Origin: Ignicoccus hospitalis KIN4/I
GTDB taxonomy: Archaea; Thermoproteota; Thermoprotei_A; Sulfolobales; Ignicoccaceae
NCBI RefSeq assembly: GCF_000017945.1
Contig: NC_009776.1
Coordinates: 990,001-1,022,000 of the forward strand
Length of the DNA stretch: 32,000 bases
Direction: 5' to 3'
In this document: in pieces, positions 24,639 through 32,000 of the stretch
Position numbering within the stretch: the first letter of the stretch is position 1
Layout of the letters: each line of letters starts with the position of its first letter
Position numbers and translations under genes: made by a program
Notes under the pieces: generated by a model
Database searches by the model: none
What the model was told of the DNA's origin: nothing
What the model saw: only the letters and a program-made list of their open reading frames with translations

Positions 24639-26256
24639 CTCTCATCCCCCACCCCTTTCTGTACTCGTCCGCTGGGACCTCCACGGCCAAGCTCAAGGCG
24701 CCGTACTTCTCGAGGAGCGTCGAGTAGGCTCTACACGAGGCCTTGGGGCTGTTCTTAGCCTTGACGAGCCTTTTGAGAAAGTTGCTGACGTCCCCTTCGC
24801 TCAAGGGCTCCTCGCCGCCGAACTTAACGGCCTTCACGCCGCTCACCTCCAAACCCCTCTTGAGCGCTCCCGCGAGCCAGCTCAAGGAGACCTCTAGCCT
24901 CTCCTCGCCCGCCCTGAGCTCTATTAGCGCGGAGTCCCTCACGAACGAGCAGAGCTCGTCCAGCAGCTCTTTTATGCCCTTTATGTTCGGCAAAGGCGTA
25001 GTTATTATTTTAGTAATCGTGCTCTTAGTTTGGTAAGGTTTGAAGTTACTCTCCAACGCGTTTATCAAGCTCAAGAAGGTCTTCCCGCTCTGCGTGTCGT
25101 CCAGTTCCCTCCACTCTATCCCACCTCCCTCCGCTACTTCCTTCACCGTCTTGAAGGCCTTCTCGGAGGCGTCGCCGTAAGGATCTCCCTTGGAGGGCGC
25201 GAGCACCGTTACCTTAGCTACGTCGCAGTCCCTAGACCTACAGAGCCTCCCGGCCCTCTGGGCCAGGGAGCTGACGGGCGCGGCCTCGGTTATCAGCCAA
25301 GTGGCGTCCACGTCGACTCCGGCCTCTATCACTTGGGTGCTGACCACGACCTTAGCTTTCTCTATCTTGTTCACAGAATTTTTCTTATCCTCCTCGCTCA
25401 GCCTCCCGTGGACCAGCACCAAGTCGCTGCCGAAGTAAGGCCTAAGGAGCTCGGCCGCCTTGATGGCCTCCTTAACGGTGTTGGCAACTATCAGCACCTT
25501 CCCAGAGGAGGCTTCGTCCTCTACCCTCTTCAACTCGCTTTGGAGGTAGTTCAGCAGCGTGACTCCCTCCGCCTCCGTCTCCCAGCGGACGTCCGAGGAG
25601 AAGTCGTTTACCCTCTTTATGTTTCTCAAGCCGCCGTAACAACCCTTACAGACCGCGACCACCTCGGCCTTGGGCTTCATTTTCTTAACTATCTTCTTCA
25701 GCTCGACCTCCGGCAAGGTCGCGGTGGCGACTAACACCTTGAACCTCAAGCCTTGGGAGAGGGCGCCGAGGGCCTCCAAGGAGGCGTGGAGGAAGTCCCT
25801 CCCGGCGCTCTCGCCCCCGCTCCAAGGTTCTGAGAGCAAGTGGGCCTCGTCGAACACCACCAAGGAAGAGAACAAATTGGCTCTGGGGTACTCGTAGTGG
25901 CCGTAGCTGTACTTCAACGCCCACCCGAGCTCCGCCGGGGGCAGCCTCAACAAGTTCAAGGACAAGTAGTCTACCGTCGAAACTACCCTCTTGCCCCCGA
26001 AGTAGGGACACTTGCCCTCCAGCTGAAGGCCGGACGCGTGACACGCCTCCCCGTACTCGCGGAGCAAGAAGTTATATTGAGATATTACCAAGCTCCTCAA
26101 AGGCATGGAATGGACGCTCCTCGGGAGCTTCAGCCGGTCTTGCATGTAGGGTACTCCCTTGCTCTTCCCGTAGCTGGTCGGGGCTACCATGACGACGTTG
26201 CTCTCCTCCAGAAGCCTTACCGCCTCTTCGTGAGCGGCCTTAGGCTTGAAAGGCAC
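24625..26256 (-). CDS. cas3: Cas3' DExH helicase
   Basis: 543 aa; Walker A-like 'VAPTSYGKSKGV', 'LVVFDEAHLL', 'ATATLPEVEL', 'VVVSTQVIEAGVDVDATWLITE', 'SSLAQRAGRLCR'. Confidence 0.93.
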   Translation of the reverse strand: MPFKPKAAHEEAVRLLEESNVVMVAPTSYGKSKGVPYMQDRLKLPRSVHSMPLRSLVISQYNFLLREYGEACHASGLQLEGKCPYFGGKRVVSTVDYLSLNLLRLPPAELGWALKYSYGHYEYPRANLFSSLVVFDEAHLLSEPWSGGESAGRDFLHASLEALGALSQGLRFKVLVATATLPEVELKKIVKKMKPKAEVVAVCKGCYGGLRNIKRVNDFSSDVRWETEAEGVTLLNYLQSELKRVEDEASSGKVLIVANTVKEAIKAAELLRPYFGSDLVLVHGRLSEEDKKNSVNKIEKAKVVVSTQVIEAGVDVDATWLITEAAPVSSLAQRAGRLCRSRDCDVAKVTVLAPSKGDPYGDASEKAFKTVKEVAEGGGIEWRELDDTQSGKTFLSLINALESNFKPYQTKSTITKIITTPLPNIKGIKELLDELCSFVRDSALIELRAGEERLEVSLSWLAGALKRGLEVSGVKAVKFGGEEPLSEGDVSNFLKRLVKAKNSPKASCRAYSTLLEKYGALSLAVEVPADEYRKGWGMRVDLR

Positions 26257-27273
26257 CTAGACCACCGCTTCTTTGGTTATTTTCTTTATCTTATTGACCA
26301 GCGCCCGGACGCGCGCGTCTTCCTCCTCAGCACACCTTCGGGCGCAGTCGTACAAGTGGACGGGGTTCTTCGAGGTCGCGTACAAGAACGCGTCGTTCAT
26401 ACAAGCGCAAGCGAGCTCCGGGCGCTGGCCCAGCGATCTCACTAGGTCCCTCACGAGGTCTCTTGTTAGGGAACACAACAGCTCGCTCGCGAGTATAGGC
26501 GTCACGGAGTACACCAGCGCCCTGTTGCCGCCCCCTACGGCCGCTATGGTGAGGACGTCGTTGGGGGCGTAGCAGTTCAAGTTTATCCTCCCCTCCTCCA
26601 CCCCCTTCCGGAACTCGTTGGCGATTAGGAACTGTAACAACAGTTCTGAAGAACAAGGGAGCTTGTCCAACTTGTACTTGTTCAAGCTCAAGCCCTCCAG
26701 CAGTTCGTACCTAGAACGTATCCCCAAGGCCACCTCCGGCAGTTCTCTGAGCTCCTCCGGCAGCGGGGGGAGGAGCATCGTTGTAAAGTCTCCCACTTGT
26801 CCGAGAACGGAAAGCGCGAGCCCCAGCAGCGCCAAGGCCTCGCCCTTAGGGTCTTGTATCTCGCTCAGTTTCCTCTCATCCTTTGCTGCTAGGAAGCTCT
26901 TCACGTGCTTGAACATAGTAGCTTTCAAGATCGATAGGTGGGACGCGTTCGTACTCTCAAGCTCCGCGAGCTTCTTCGCCGCCCCCAGCAACCTCTCCTT
27001 GTTTGTTTGGAACCTCTCCTTGTAGTCGGGACCCAACACCTTAGGGAAGAAGTGTCTGTAATCGTTACCGAACAAGGGTATGGAAGCTTTCACTTTGTTC
27101 AAGTGCTGGTCAGCCTTGTTCGCGAGCTCCTCTATCGCTTCGTAGAAGCTTTCATCCTCTACCTCCAAGTAATCTACCCTGTACTCCTTTACTTCCAGCT
27201 CCTCGCTCAAGTACACCGCGAGCGCTTGGAAGTACCTACCTAACATGAATGGTGGGAGGAGATACACTCTCAC
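26257..27273 (-). CDS. csa4: Cas8a2/Csa4-like type I-A large-subunit protein
   Basis: 338 aa; 'YLLPPFMLGRYFQALAVYLSEELEV', position between cas5a and cas3'; assignment from local similarity and conserved I-A operon order. Confidence 0.78.
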   Translation of the reverse strand: MRVYLLPPFMLGRYFQALAVYLSEELEVKEYRVDYLEVEDESFYEAIEELANKADQHLNKVKASIPLFGNDYRHFFPKVLGPDYKERFQTNKERLLGAAKKLAELESTNASHLSILKATMFKHVKSFLAAKDERKLSEIQDPKGEALALLGLALSVLGQVGDFTTMLLPPLPEELRELPEVALGIRSRYELLEGLSLNKYKLDKLPCSSELLLQFLIANEFRKGVEEGRINLNCYAPNDVLTIAAVGGGNRALVYSVTPILASELLCSLTRDLVRDLVRSLGQRPELACACMNDAFLYATSKNPVHLYDCARRCAEEEDARVRALVNKIKKITKEAVV

Positions 27274-28151
27274 GTTTCACCACCCTCGACGCAGTACTTG
27301 TTCAAACACCAGGCCTTCTTGATAACTAAGGAGTCCTCACACTTCCCCTTCACCCCTCTTGGAGGGGTGAGGAAGAACTGGTCCGAGAGGGGGCCGGCGG
27401 GAACCAAGTAGACGTCGTACTTCGGATCCCCGCCGCAGAAGGTCTCCCTGCCGGGCCTCCACATAACTATTGGGACCGCTTTGCCTAACTTCCTTACTAC
27501 GGATCCCTTCCTAGCGTAGAAGCAGCTCTCCACCTCCTCCTCTTTGGTAACCTCTCCCACCTCTTTCTTCTTGGTACTGACGATACCTTCCTTAACGCCT
27601 ATTCTCCTAATTGTAACCCTCTCCAAAGCGTCCATTACCTCCTCACCTTTCAAGTCCTTCCTTATCGCGCGGAGCTCGCCCACCAACTCCTTTTCGTCAA
27701 GCACGACCATCATCCAGAGCAGACCCTTGGGGGCGTAGGCTGAGGTTATAGCTTGTACGCCAAACATCCTGACTTTATTTATTTCATCTCCTTCGTGTAC
27801 GTTGCCGGGATTCAAGTAAGGTGCTTGGAGCAGTCTGTTTATTTCAGATTTCAGCGCCACCCCCACGGGGCTCTCCGGGCTCAACGCGAAGGCCGCCCCC
27901 TTGGTAGCCTTGAAAACTGCATAAGCAGTGCTGCAAAGCCCCTCCTTCGACCTCTTTCGACCCCTCTTCGCGGCCTTTCCGGCCACCTTTATTGTCTCGC
28001 CCAAGCCCAAGGTTATAGCCAAGGCTTCCGCCAGCGCGCCTATCGCGGTGCTGGGGGGCGGCAGGGGAGGCGCCAGCTGGGCGGCGGAGCTCATAGGGTA
28101 CCTAACGCTAAAGCCCCAAGCTAGCTCCAACTCAAAGAATAAACCCATCAT
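27270..28151 (-). CDS. cas5a: Cas5a (type I-A)
   Basis: 293 aa; 'LFFELELAWGFSVRYPMSSAAQLAPPLPPPSTAIGALAEAL' and 'RKGSVVRKLGKAVPIVMWRP', Cas5a-like. Confidence 0.88.
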   Translation of the reverse strand: MMGLFFELELAWGFSVRYPMSSAAQLAPPLPPPSTAIGALAEALAITLGLGETIKVAGKAAKRGRKRSKEGLCSTAYAVFKATKGAAFALSPESPVGVALKSEINRLLQAPYLNPGNVHEGDEINKVRMFGVQAITSAYAPKGLLWMMVVLDEKELVGELRAIRKDLKGEEVMDALERVTIRRIGVKEGIVSTKKKEVGEVTKEEEVESCFYARKGSVVRKLGKAVPIVMWRPGRETFCGGDPKYDVYLVPAGPLSDQFFLTPPRGVKGKCEDSLVIKKAWCLNKYCVEGGET

Positions 28152-28154
28152 GTT

Positions 28155-29207
28155 TTACTTTGCCCCCTTTAGCAGCTCCAAAGCTTTCTCGCCGGCCTTA
28201 GAGACCGCCTCCAAGTAGCTCCCGACCTTCTCAACGCTCACCGCGTCGCAGCCCTTGAGCTCCTCAACCCCTTCTTTGTCTTCCTTGTCTTTCTTATCTT
28301 CCTTGTCGAAGTAGAATACCCAAGCCTTTACACCCAAGCTACACAGCCTCTCCACAGTGTCCTTGACGTAGTCCTTGTCGTTACCGGGAGTGGCCTCGAA
28401 GGGGAGGGTAGTAACGACCGCTTGTAAGCTGTACACGTCCCAAACCGGGTTGAACCTAGTCCTCTTCGCGCCGAACAGCATGGTGCCTAAGAACCTCTTC
28501 AAGGCCACCACGGCCGCTTCCGCCCTCCTCAGCCTCTCCTCCGCCGGCAGCTCTCCCGGGGCCTTGCCCAAGTCGGCGTTCTCAGAGCTTAACTTCCCTA
28601 TCTCGCTGACGTCCAAGCTGAAGTTGAAGTTGTACAAGGCGCTGCCCACCTCTACGTAGTAGAGTATCTGGCCCTCCTCTTGCTGTGCGCCGGCGAAGCG
28701 GACGTGTATCTCCGGCTCGGAGCCGAAGGCGCCCTCTCGCAAGCTGTCCAAGGTCGGCAACATGTAACCGACGCGGAACCTCGAGGTCCTCTTGACAGCT
28801 TTGTCGGTGAACAAGAAGCCTCCGACGTCCTCCACCACGCACTCCTCCACGATCTTCCTTTCGATGTCTATCTGGCTAACGTTCTTCGCCTTAACGTCTA
28901 TGGAGTGGCCACACTGGGTTGCCATCTTACTGTCGTTGCTCTTTATGAAAACCTTCTGCTCGCAGCACTTGCAGACCGGTAGCCCCATCTCTTTAGCCAC
29001 GTCAGCTAAGTGGGACTGGTAGGCGTGGGCCAAGCTCTCCCCGCTAATAGCTGGTACGTAAACTACCCTGAAGCCTTGGTTGGTCTTCAACACCACCGGC
29101 GCCTTCCTGTGCCTGGTTACGTTGCCCACGCTCTCGGCCATGTTTAACGCTTCCGCGTTCAAGAGTATGCGTCCGCTAACGCTAAGGCCCACGAACACGC
29201 CCATCAC
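28155..29207 (-). CDS. cas7: Cas7/Csa2 (type I-A crRNP backbone)
   Basis: 350 aa; 'VGLSVSGRILLNAEALNMAESVGNVTRHRKAPVVL...YVPAISGESLAHAYQSHLAD'. Confidence 0.93.
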   Translation of the reverse strand: MMGVFVGLSVSGRILLNAEALNMAESVGNVTRHRKAPVVLKTNQGFRVVYVPAISGESLAHAYQSHLADVAKEMGLPVCKCCEQKVFIKSNDSKMATQCGHSIDVKAKNVSQIDIERKIVEECVVEDVGGFLFTDKAVKRTSRFRVGYMLPTLDSLREGAFGSEPEIHVRFAGAQQEEGQILYYVEVGSALYNFNFSLDVSEIGKLSSENADLGKAPGELPAEERLRRAEAAVVALKRFLGTMLFGAKRTRFNPVWDVYSLQAVVTTLPFEATPGNDKDYVKDTVERLCSLGVKAWVFYFDKEDKKDKEDKEGVEELKGCDAVSVEKVGSYLEAVSKAGEKALELLKGAK

Positions 29208-29650
29208 CCCAACGCGTTTATTGCGATTATCTTAAGCGTCAAAAACGCCTTCTTCTTACTCTTCTCATCCACAAAAGAGTGCTTGAGGTCGTCGACCTCC
29301 CTCATGGCGAGTTTGTAAAGGGCTTCAGCGTCGCAGCAGCACTCCTCCCCGACCTTCTTGCACTCGGCTGGACACTTGCCCTCGTAGCAGTACTGGGGCC
29401 TCCCTCCCTCGTCCTTGAGCTCGCCGAACTTTCTGACGAACCTCCGAACCTCTTCAACCTTATTACTAGTTATTATAGTCTTCAGAGTCCTCATTGCGTC
29501 GTACAAAGTGTTCAGAGCTACTTCCTCGTTAACCGCGTTGGCCAGCCTATCTATTATGTTGAACTGTCTGACCTCCTTGTCCGCGAAGTAAGAGAGCGCC
29601 CGGGGCAGCCAGTAGTACTCCTCGTTGCTGCGACGTCTCTCTTCACCCAA
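29204..29650 (-). CDS. csa5: Csa5 (type I-A small subunit)
   Basis: 148 aa immediately upstream of cas7 with 4-nt overlap; 'LPRALSYFADKEVRQFNIIDRLANAVNEEVALNTLYDAMRTLKTII'. Confidence 0.82.
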   Translation of the reverse strand: MGEERRRSNEEYYWLPRALSYFADKEVRQFNIIDRLANAVNEEVALNTLYDAMRTLKTIITSNKVEEVRRFVRKFGELKDEGGRPQYCYEGKCPAECKKVGEECCCDAEALYKLAMREVDDLKHSFVDEKSKKKAFLTLKIIAINALG

Positions 29651-29784
29651 AGCTTTCGTTCCCGAAGAAACGTCGCCCCACCGAGCTAAATCTCTACATT
29701 GTATTTTGCCAGTAAACCCCGAGGCGACAGGCCGAGGGAGGGGGCCATAGGGAGTTGACCGGAGGAGTCAAGGGGGGCTAAAGT

Positions 29785-30357
29785 TTGAGGGCCCACGTCC
29801 CCTTGGGCTTCGACGCCACGCAGCCGATAACGTGCGTTTCTTCCCATTTAGGAGAAGTGACGGAAGTGGTAATTTACGTCCCGAAGGAGAGGTCGCCGAA
29901 GGCGGAGGAGGCCTTAAACGCTTTCCTCGCCTTCTTGAAGGGAGCAGGAAAGAGGTCCGAGGTAGTTTACTTAAACCCTTGCGACGGCGAGACGCTATTC
30001 CAAATGGTAATGAATATGGGAGATGATAACTTGATCTGTGGGGGCTCGGGGCTGAGGGTCCTCGGGCTCCAGCTCCTCTTGGCTTGTGTCTTGAGCCGCT
30101 CCCGGTGTAAGCTGTGGGCGGGCCACGAGGGAGGGGGACCTTGTCTGGACTTGAGGGTCCCCGACCCCTTCGAGAGCAAGCTGGAGGCCCGGGCCTACGC
30201 GGCGTTGGCCTTGAAGGGCGAGGCGAGTTTGGACGAGCTGAGCAAGGAACTCGGAGTTAACAAGAAGACCTTGTGGAGCGCCCTTGAGAGGTTGGAGAAA
30301 AACGGGTTGGTGGAAAAGCCTAAGAGGGGAATCTACCGGGCGAAGCCCCTCAGTTGA
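29785..30357 (+). CDS. csa3: Csa3-like CARF-domain winged-HTH regulator, divergent from the interference operon
   Basis: 190 aa; 'VPLGFDATQPITCVSSHLGEVTEVVIYVP', 'NPCDGETLFQMVMNMGDDNLICGGSGLRV', wHTH 'ASLDELSKELGVNKKTLWSALERLEKNGLVEKPKRGIYRAK'. Confidence 0.85.
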   Translation: MRAHVPLGFDATQPITCVSSHLGEVTEVVIYVPKERSPKAEEALNAFLAFLKGAGKRSEVVYLNPCDGETLFQMVMNMGDDNLICGGSGLRVLGLQLLLACVLSRSRCKLWAGHEGGGPCLDLRVPDPFESKLEARAYAALALKGEASLDELSKELGVNKKTLWSALERLEKNGLVEKPKRGIYRAKPLS

Positions 30358-31969
30358 GCTCCGCCAGGTGGGCGTAGTACAAGGCCGTGTAGGCCAAGAA
30401 CTCCGCCGCCACGGGGTCGGTCCTCAGCAAGCTGCCCACGTACTGGGAGTAGTTGTAAGCAATGAAGGAGGGAGTCCTACAGTAGCTCCTCCCCACGACC
30501 AAGGGCATCACCTCTTTGGCAACCACCGTGCTGTTCTGTATACTGCCCAAGGCGTCTGCAGAGTTCTCGAAGGCGAAGGATGAAAGCCCTATCACCTTGA
30601 AGAAGTTTCCGTCAAACATGGCCTTAGCCATCTCGTCGACGGAGTCCTCGATCTGGTTGGTTAGCGCGTTACCCGGGGGAACCACGCTCAAGGCGTACCT
30701 CGCAGCGGCCAGCCCGAGGGCGTAGGCCTCCCTCGCCAAGGCGTGCAAGTCCCTAATCGGAGGGGCGTAGGGCACTTGGGCGAGCTCCTCCACCGCGGAG
30801 GCCCAGAGCTCCACGCTCACTGCCCTCGCCTTGGCCCTAGCTAGCGTGGAAGCCACGGAGGATAGCGACTGGGGGGCGGTGAAGTTCGCGTGGGCCTCCA
30901 AGAACTTTATCATCTCTTTGAGCCTGAACTCCCTGTTGTACACGGCTGCGCAAGCTTCAGCGCTCCAGTAGTTGGCCCCGCAGCCGGAGGGCTCCAGCTC
31001 GGCGTACCTCTTCAACCCGTCCACTTCAGTCTTTATTACATCTTTTGCCTTATCTATTGAACTTACGTTGAGAAGCCTGTTATAGTAAATCGTGTAGGCG
31101 TTTATCAAGGCGGTGAAGGCGTAGCTCGCCGCGGCGTAGTAGTTGCCCTCCTCCGCCGCCCACCTAGCGAACTTCAAGTTCTTCGTTATTTCGGTGCTAT
31201 TTATATTGTACTTTTTCATCAGCTCTACAGTCATATCGTAGAGCTTCTTGTAGTGGCTCTCGAACACGTTAAGCTTCTTCAGCTCCTCCGGAGGGTTGCA
31301 GACCTCCCCCAAGGCGGCCGTGACGTTCTGGTTGGTGAAGTACTTCGCCGCGTCTATTATGCTCTCCACGGTGATTACCTTGAGGCCCTTAACGGGCACC
31401 GCCTCGCCCACGGGCACCAAGAACGTGTCTATGCCGTAGCTCTTGACGGCCTTAGCCTTTACGTTTACTCCTCCAACCACCAACACTTCGCCGCCGAGGC
31501 CTATCATTCCGGTCATGGCCGGGTGGTTGACAGCCCTTAAGTTGAGTAAGCTCAAGAGGGTTAAGGTGGAGGCCAGCGCGCTCCCGCTGGGGCCAGCGGC
31601 CCTAAAGGTAATGTTGTAGCCCAAGTCCTCTAGGTAGTAGAGGTAGTCAAAGCTCGTTAGCGGCTTGCCGGCCACTATGGCCGCCGCTACTGCGGCCCCT
31701 CCCATAGAGCCTTGGAAGTCGTAGCCCAACAAGGCCCCTCCGACGTAGTACCTACCCTCCCCCGGCAGCGTCCGGACGCTCAAGTTCGAGAGCGCGCCGG
31801 AGGTAGAGCCCACCACCGCCGGGGCGTAGCCCCAGTAGCCCGCCGGGGGCGAGTAAGTCAAGGCGGGGTAGGCCAGCATTAAGGTTCCTAGTAGGAGCAG
31901 CGCTAAGCTAAGCCCCTCGCTCCTGCTCAAAGCCGCGTACCCAGCGGGCCCCCTCTTCGGCGTTAACAA
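30350..31969 (-). CDS. Predicted Lon/S16-like archaeal serine protease (COG1750-type), exported or membrane anchored
   Basis: 539 aa; N-terminal hydrophobic segment, 'ITFRAAGPSGSALASTLTLLSLL' (Ser in GPSGS), 'MTGMIGLGGEVLVVGGVNVKAKAVKSYGIDTFLVP' with candidate Lys of a Ser-Lys dyad. Confidence 0.75.
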   Translation of the reverse strand: MLTPKRGPAGYAALSRSEGLSLALLLLGTLMLAYPALTYSPPAGYWGYAPAVVGSTSGALSNLSVRTLPGEGRYYVGGALLGYDFQGSMGGAAVAAAIVAGKPLTSFDYLYYLEDLGYNITFRAAGPSGSALASTLTLLSLLNLRAVNHPAMTGMIGLGGEVLVVGGVNVKAKAVKSYGIDTFLVPVGEAVPVKGLKVITVESIIDAAKYFTNQNVTAALGEVCNPPEELKKLNVFESHYKKLYDMTVELMKKYNINSTEITKNLKFARWAAEEGNYYAAASYAFTALINAYTIYYNRLLNVSSIDKAKDVIKTEVDGLKRYAELEPSGCGANYWSAEACAAVYNREFRLKEMIKFLEAHANFTAPQSLSSVASTLARAKARAVSVELWASAVEELAQVPYAPPIRDLHALAREAYALGLAAARYALSVVPPGNALTNQIEDSVDEMAKAMFDGNFFKVIGLSSFAFENSADALGSIQNSTVVAKEVMPLVVGRSYCRTPSFIAYNYSQYVGSLLRTDPVAAEFLAYTALYYAHLAELN

Positions 31970-32000
31970 AGATAATCTAATTCCGCGCTCTCGAGCTAGG

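Noticed and set aside
24246-26044. Several ORFs antisense to cas3'/cas3'' (e.g. 25030-25734 +)
   Set aside because: Shadow frames of helicase/HD domain genes with strong motif support on the minus strand.
1-32000. Transposon or prophage insertion signatures
   Set aside because: No transposase, integrase, terminal inverted repeats or target-site duplications recognised. The tRNA-Leu is not flanked by an integrase or an obvious att duplication.

Overview
The window is dense, mostly protein-coding DNA from a GC-rich hyperthermophilic crenarchaeon. Gene content, especially an octaheme cytochrome c and crenarchaeal-type Csa proteins, suggests an Ignicoccus-like Desulfurococcales member (inference only). 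Left part: a partial Alg14/MurG-like glycosyltransferase, GltX, a cysteine-less thioredoxin-fold protein, PEP synthase, an isolated Csa3-like CARF-wHTH regulator, a SAM methyltransferase, a DUF1512-like protein, TmcA and a HicB-like orphan. Middle: tRNA-Leu(CAG) preceded by two tandem candidate C/D-box sRNAs with identical box spacing, a third C/D-box candidate near 12.85 kb, a Trm56/TFE/m5C-MTase/hydratase gene string, Hjc, aIF5A, a predicted T4 Rnl1-like ATP-dependent RNA ligase (found by motif reading) and an octaheme cytochrome c. Right part: a subtype I-A CRISPR-Cas locus. It has a 7-repeat array (26-nt repeat, 6 spacers), a TrmI-like methyltransferase, csa1-cas1-cas2-cas4 on +, csa5-cas7-cas5a-cas8a2(csa4)-cas3'-cas3'' on -, and a second Csa3. 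No cas6 was recognised in the window. A Lon/S16-like archaeal serine protease lies at the right edge. I do not see a clearly new multi-gene defence system. The best leads are the RNA ligase, the C/D sRNA cluster fused to an mRNA/tRNA locus, the cysteine-rich Csa5, the two Csa3 paralogs, and the unusual solitary cytosine methyltransferase.
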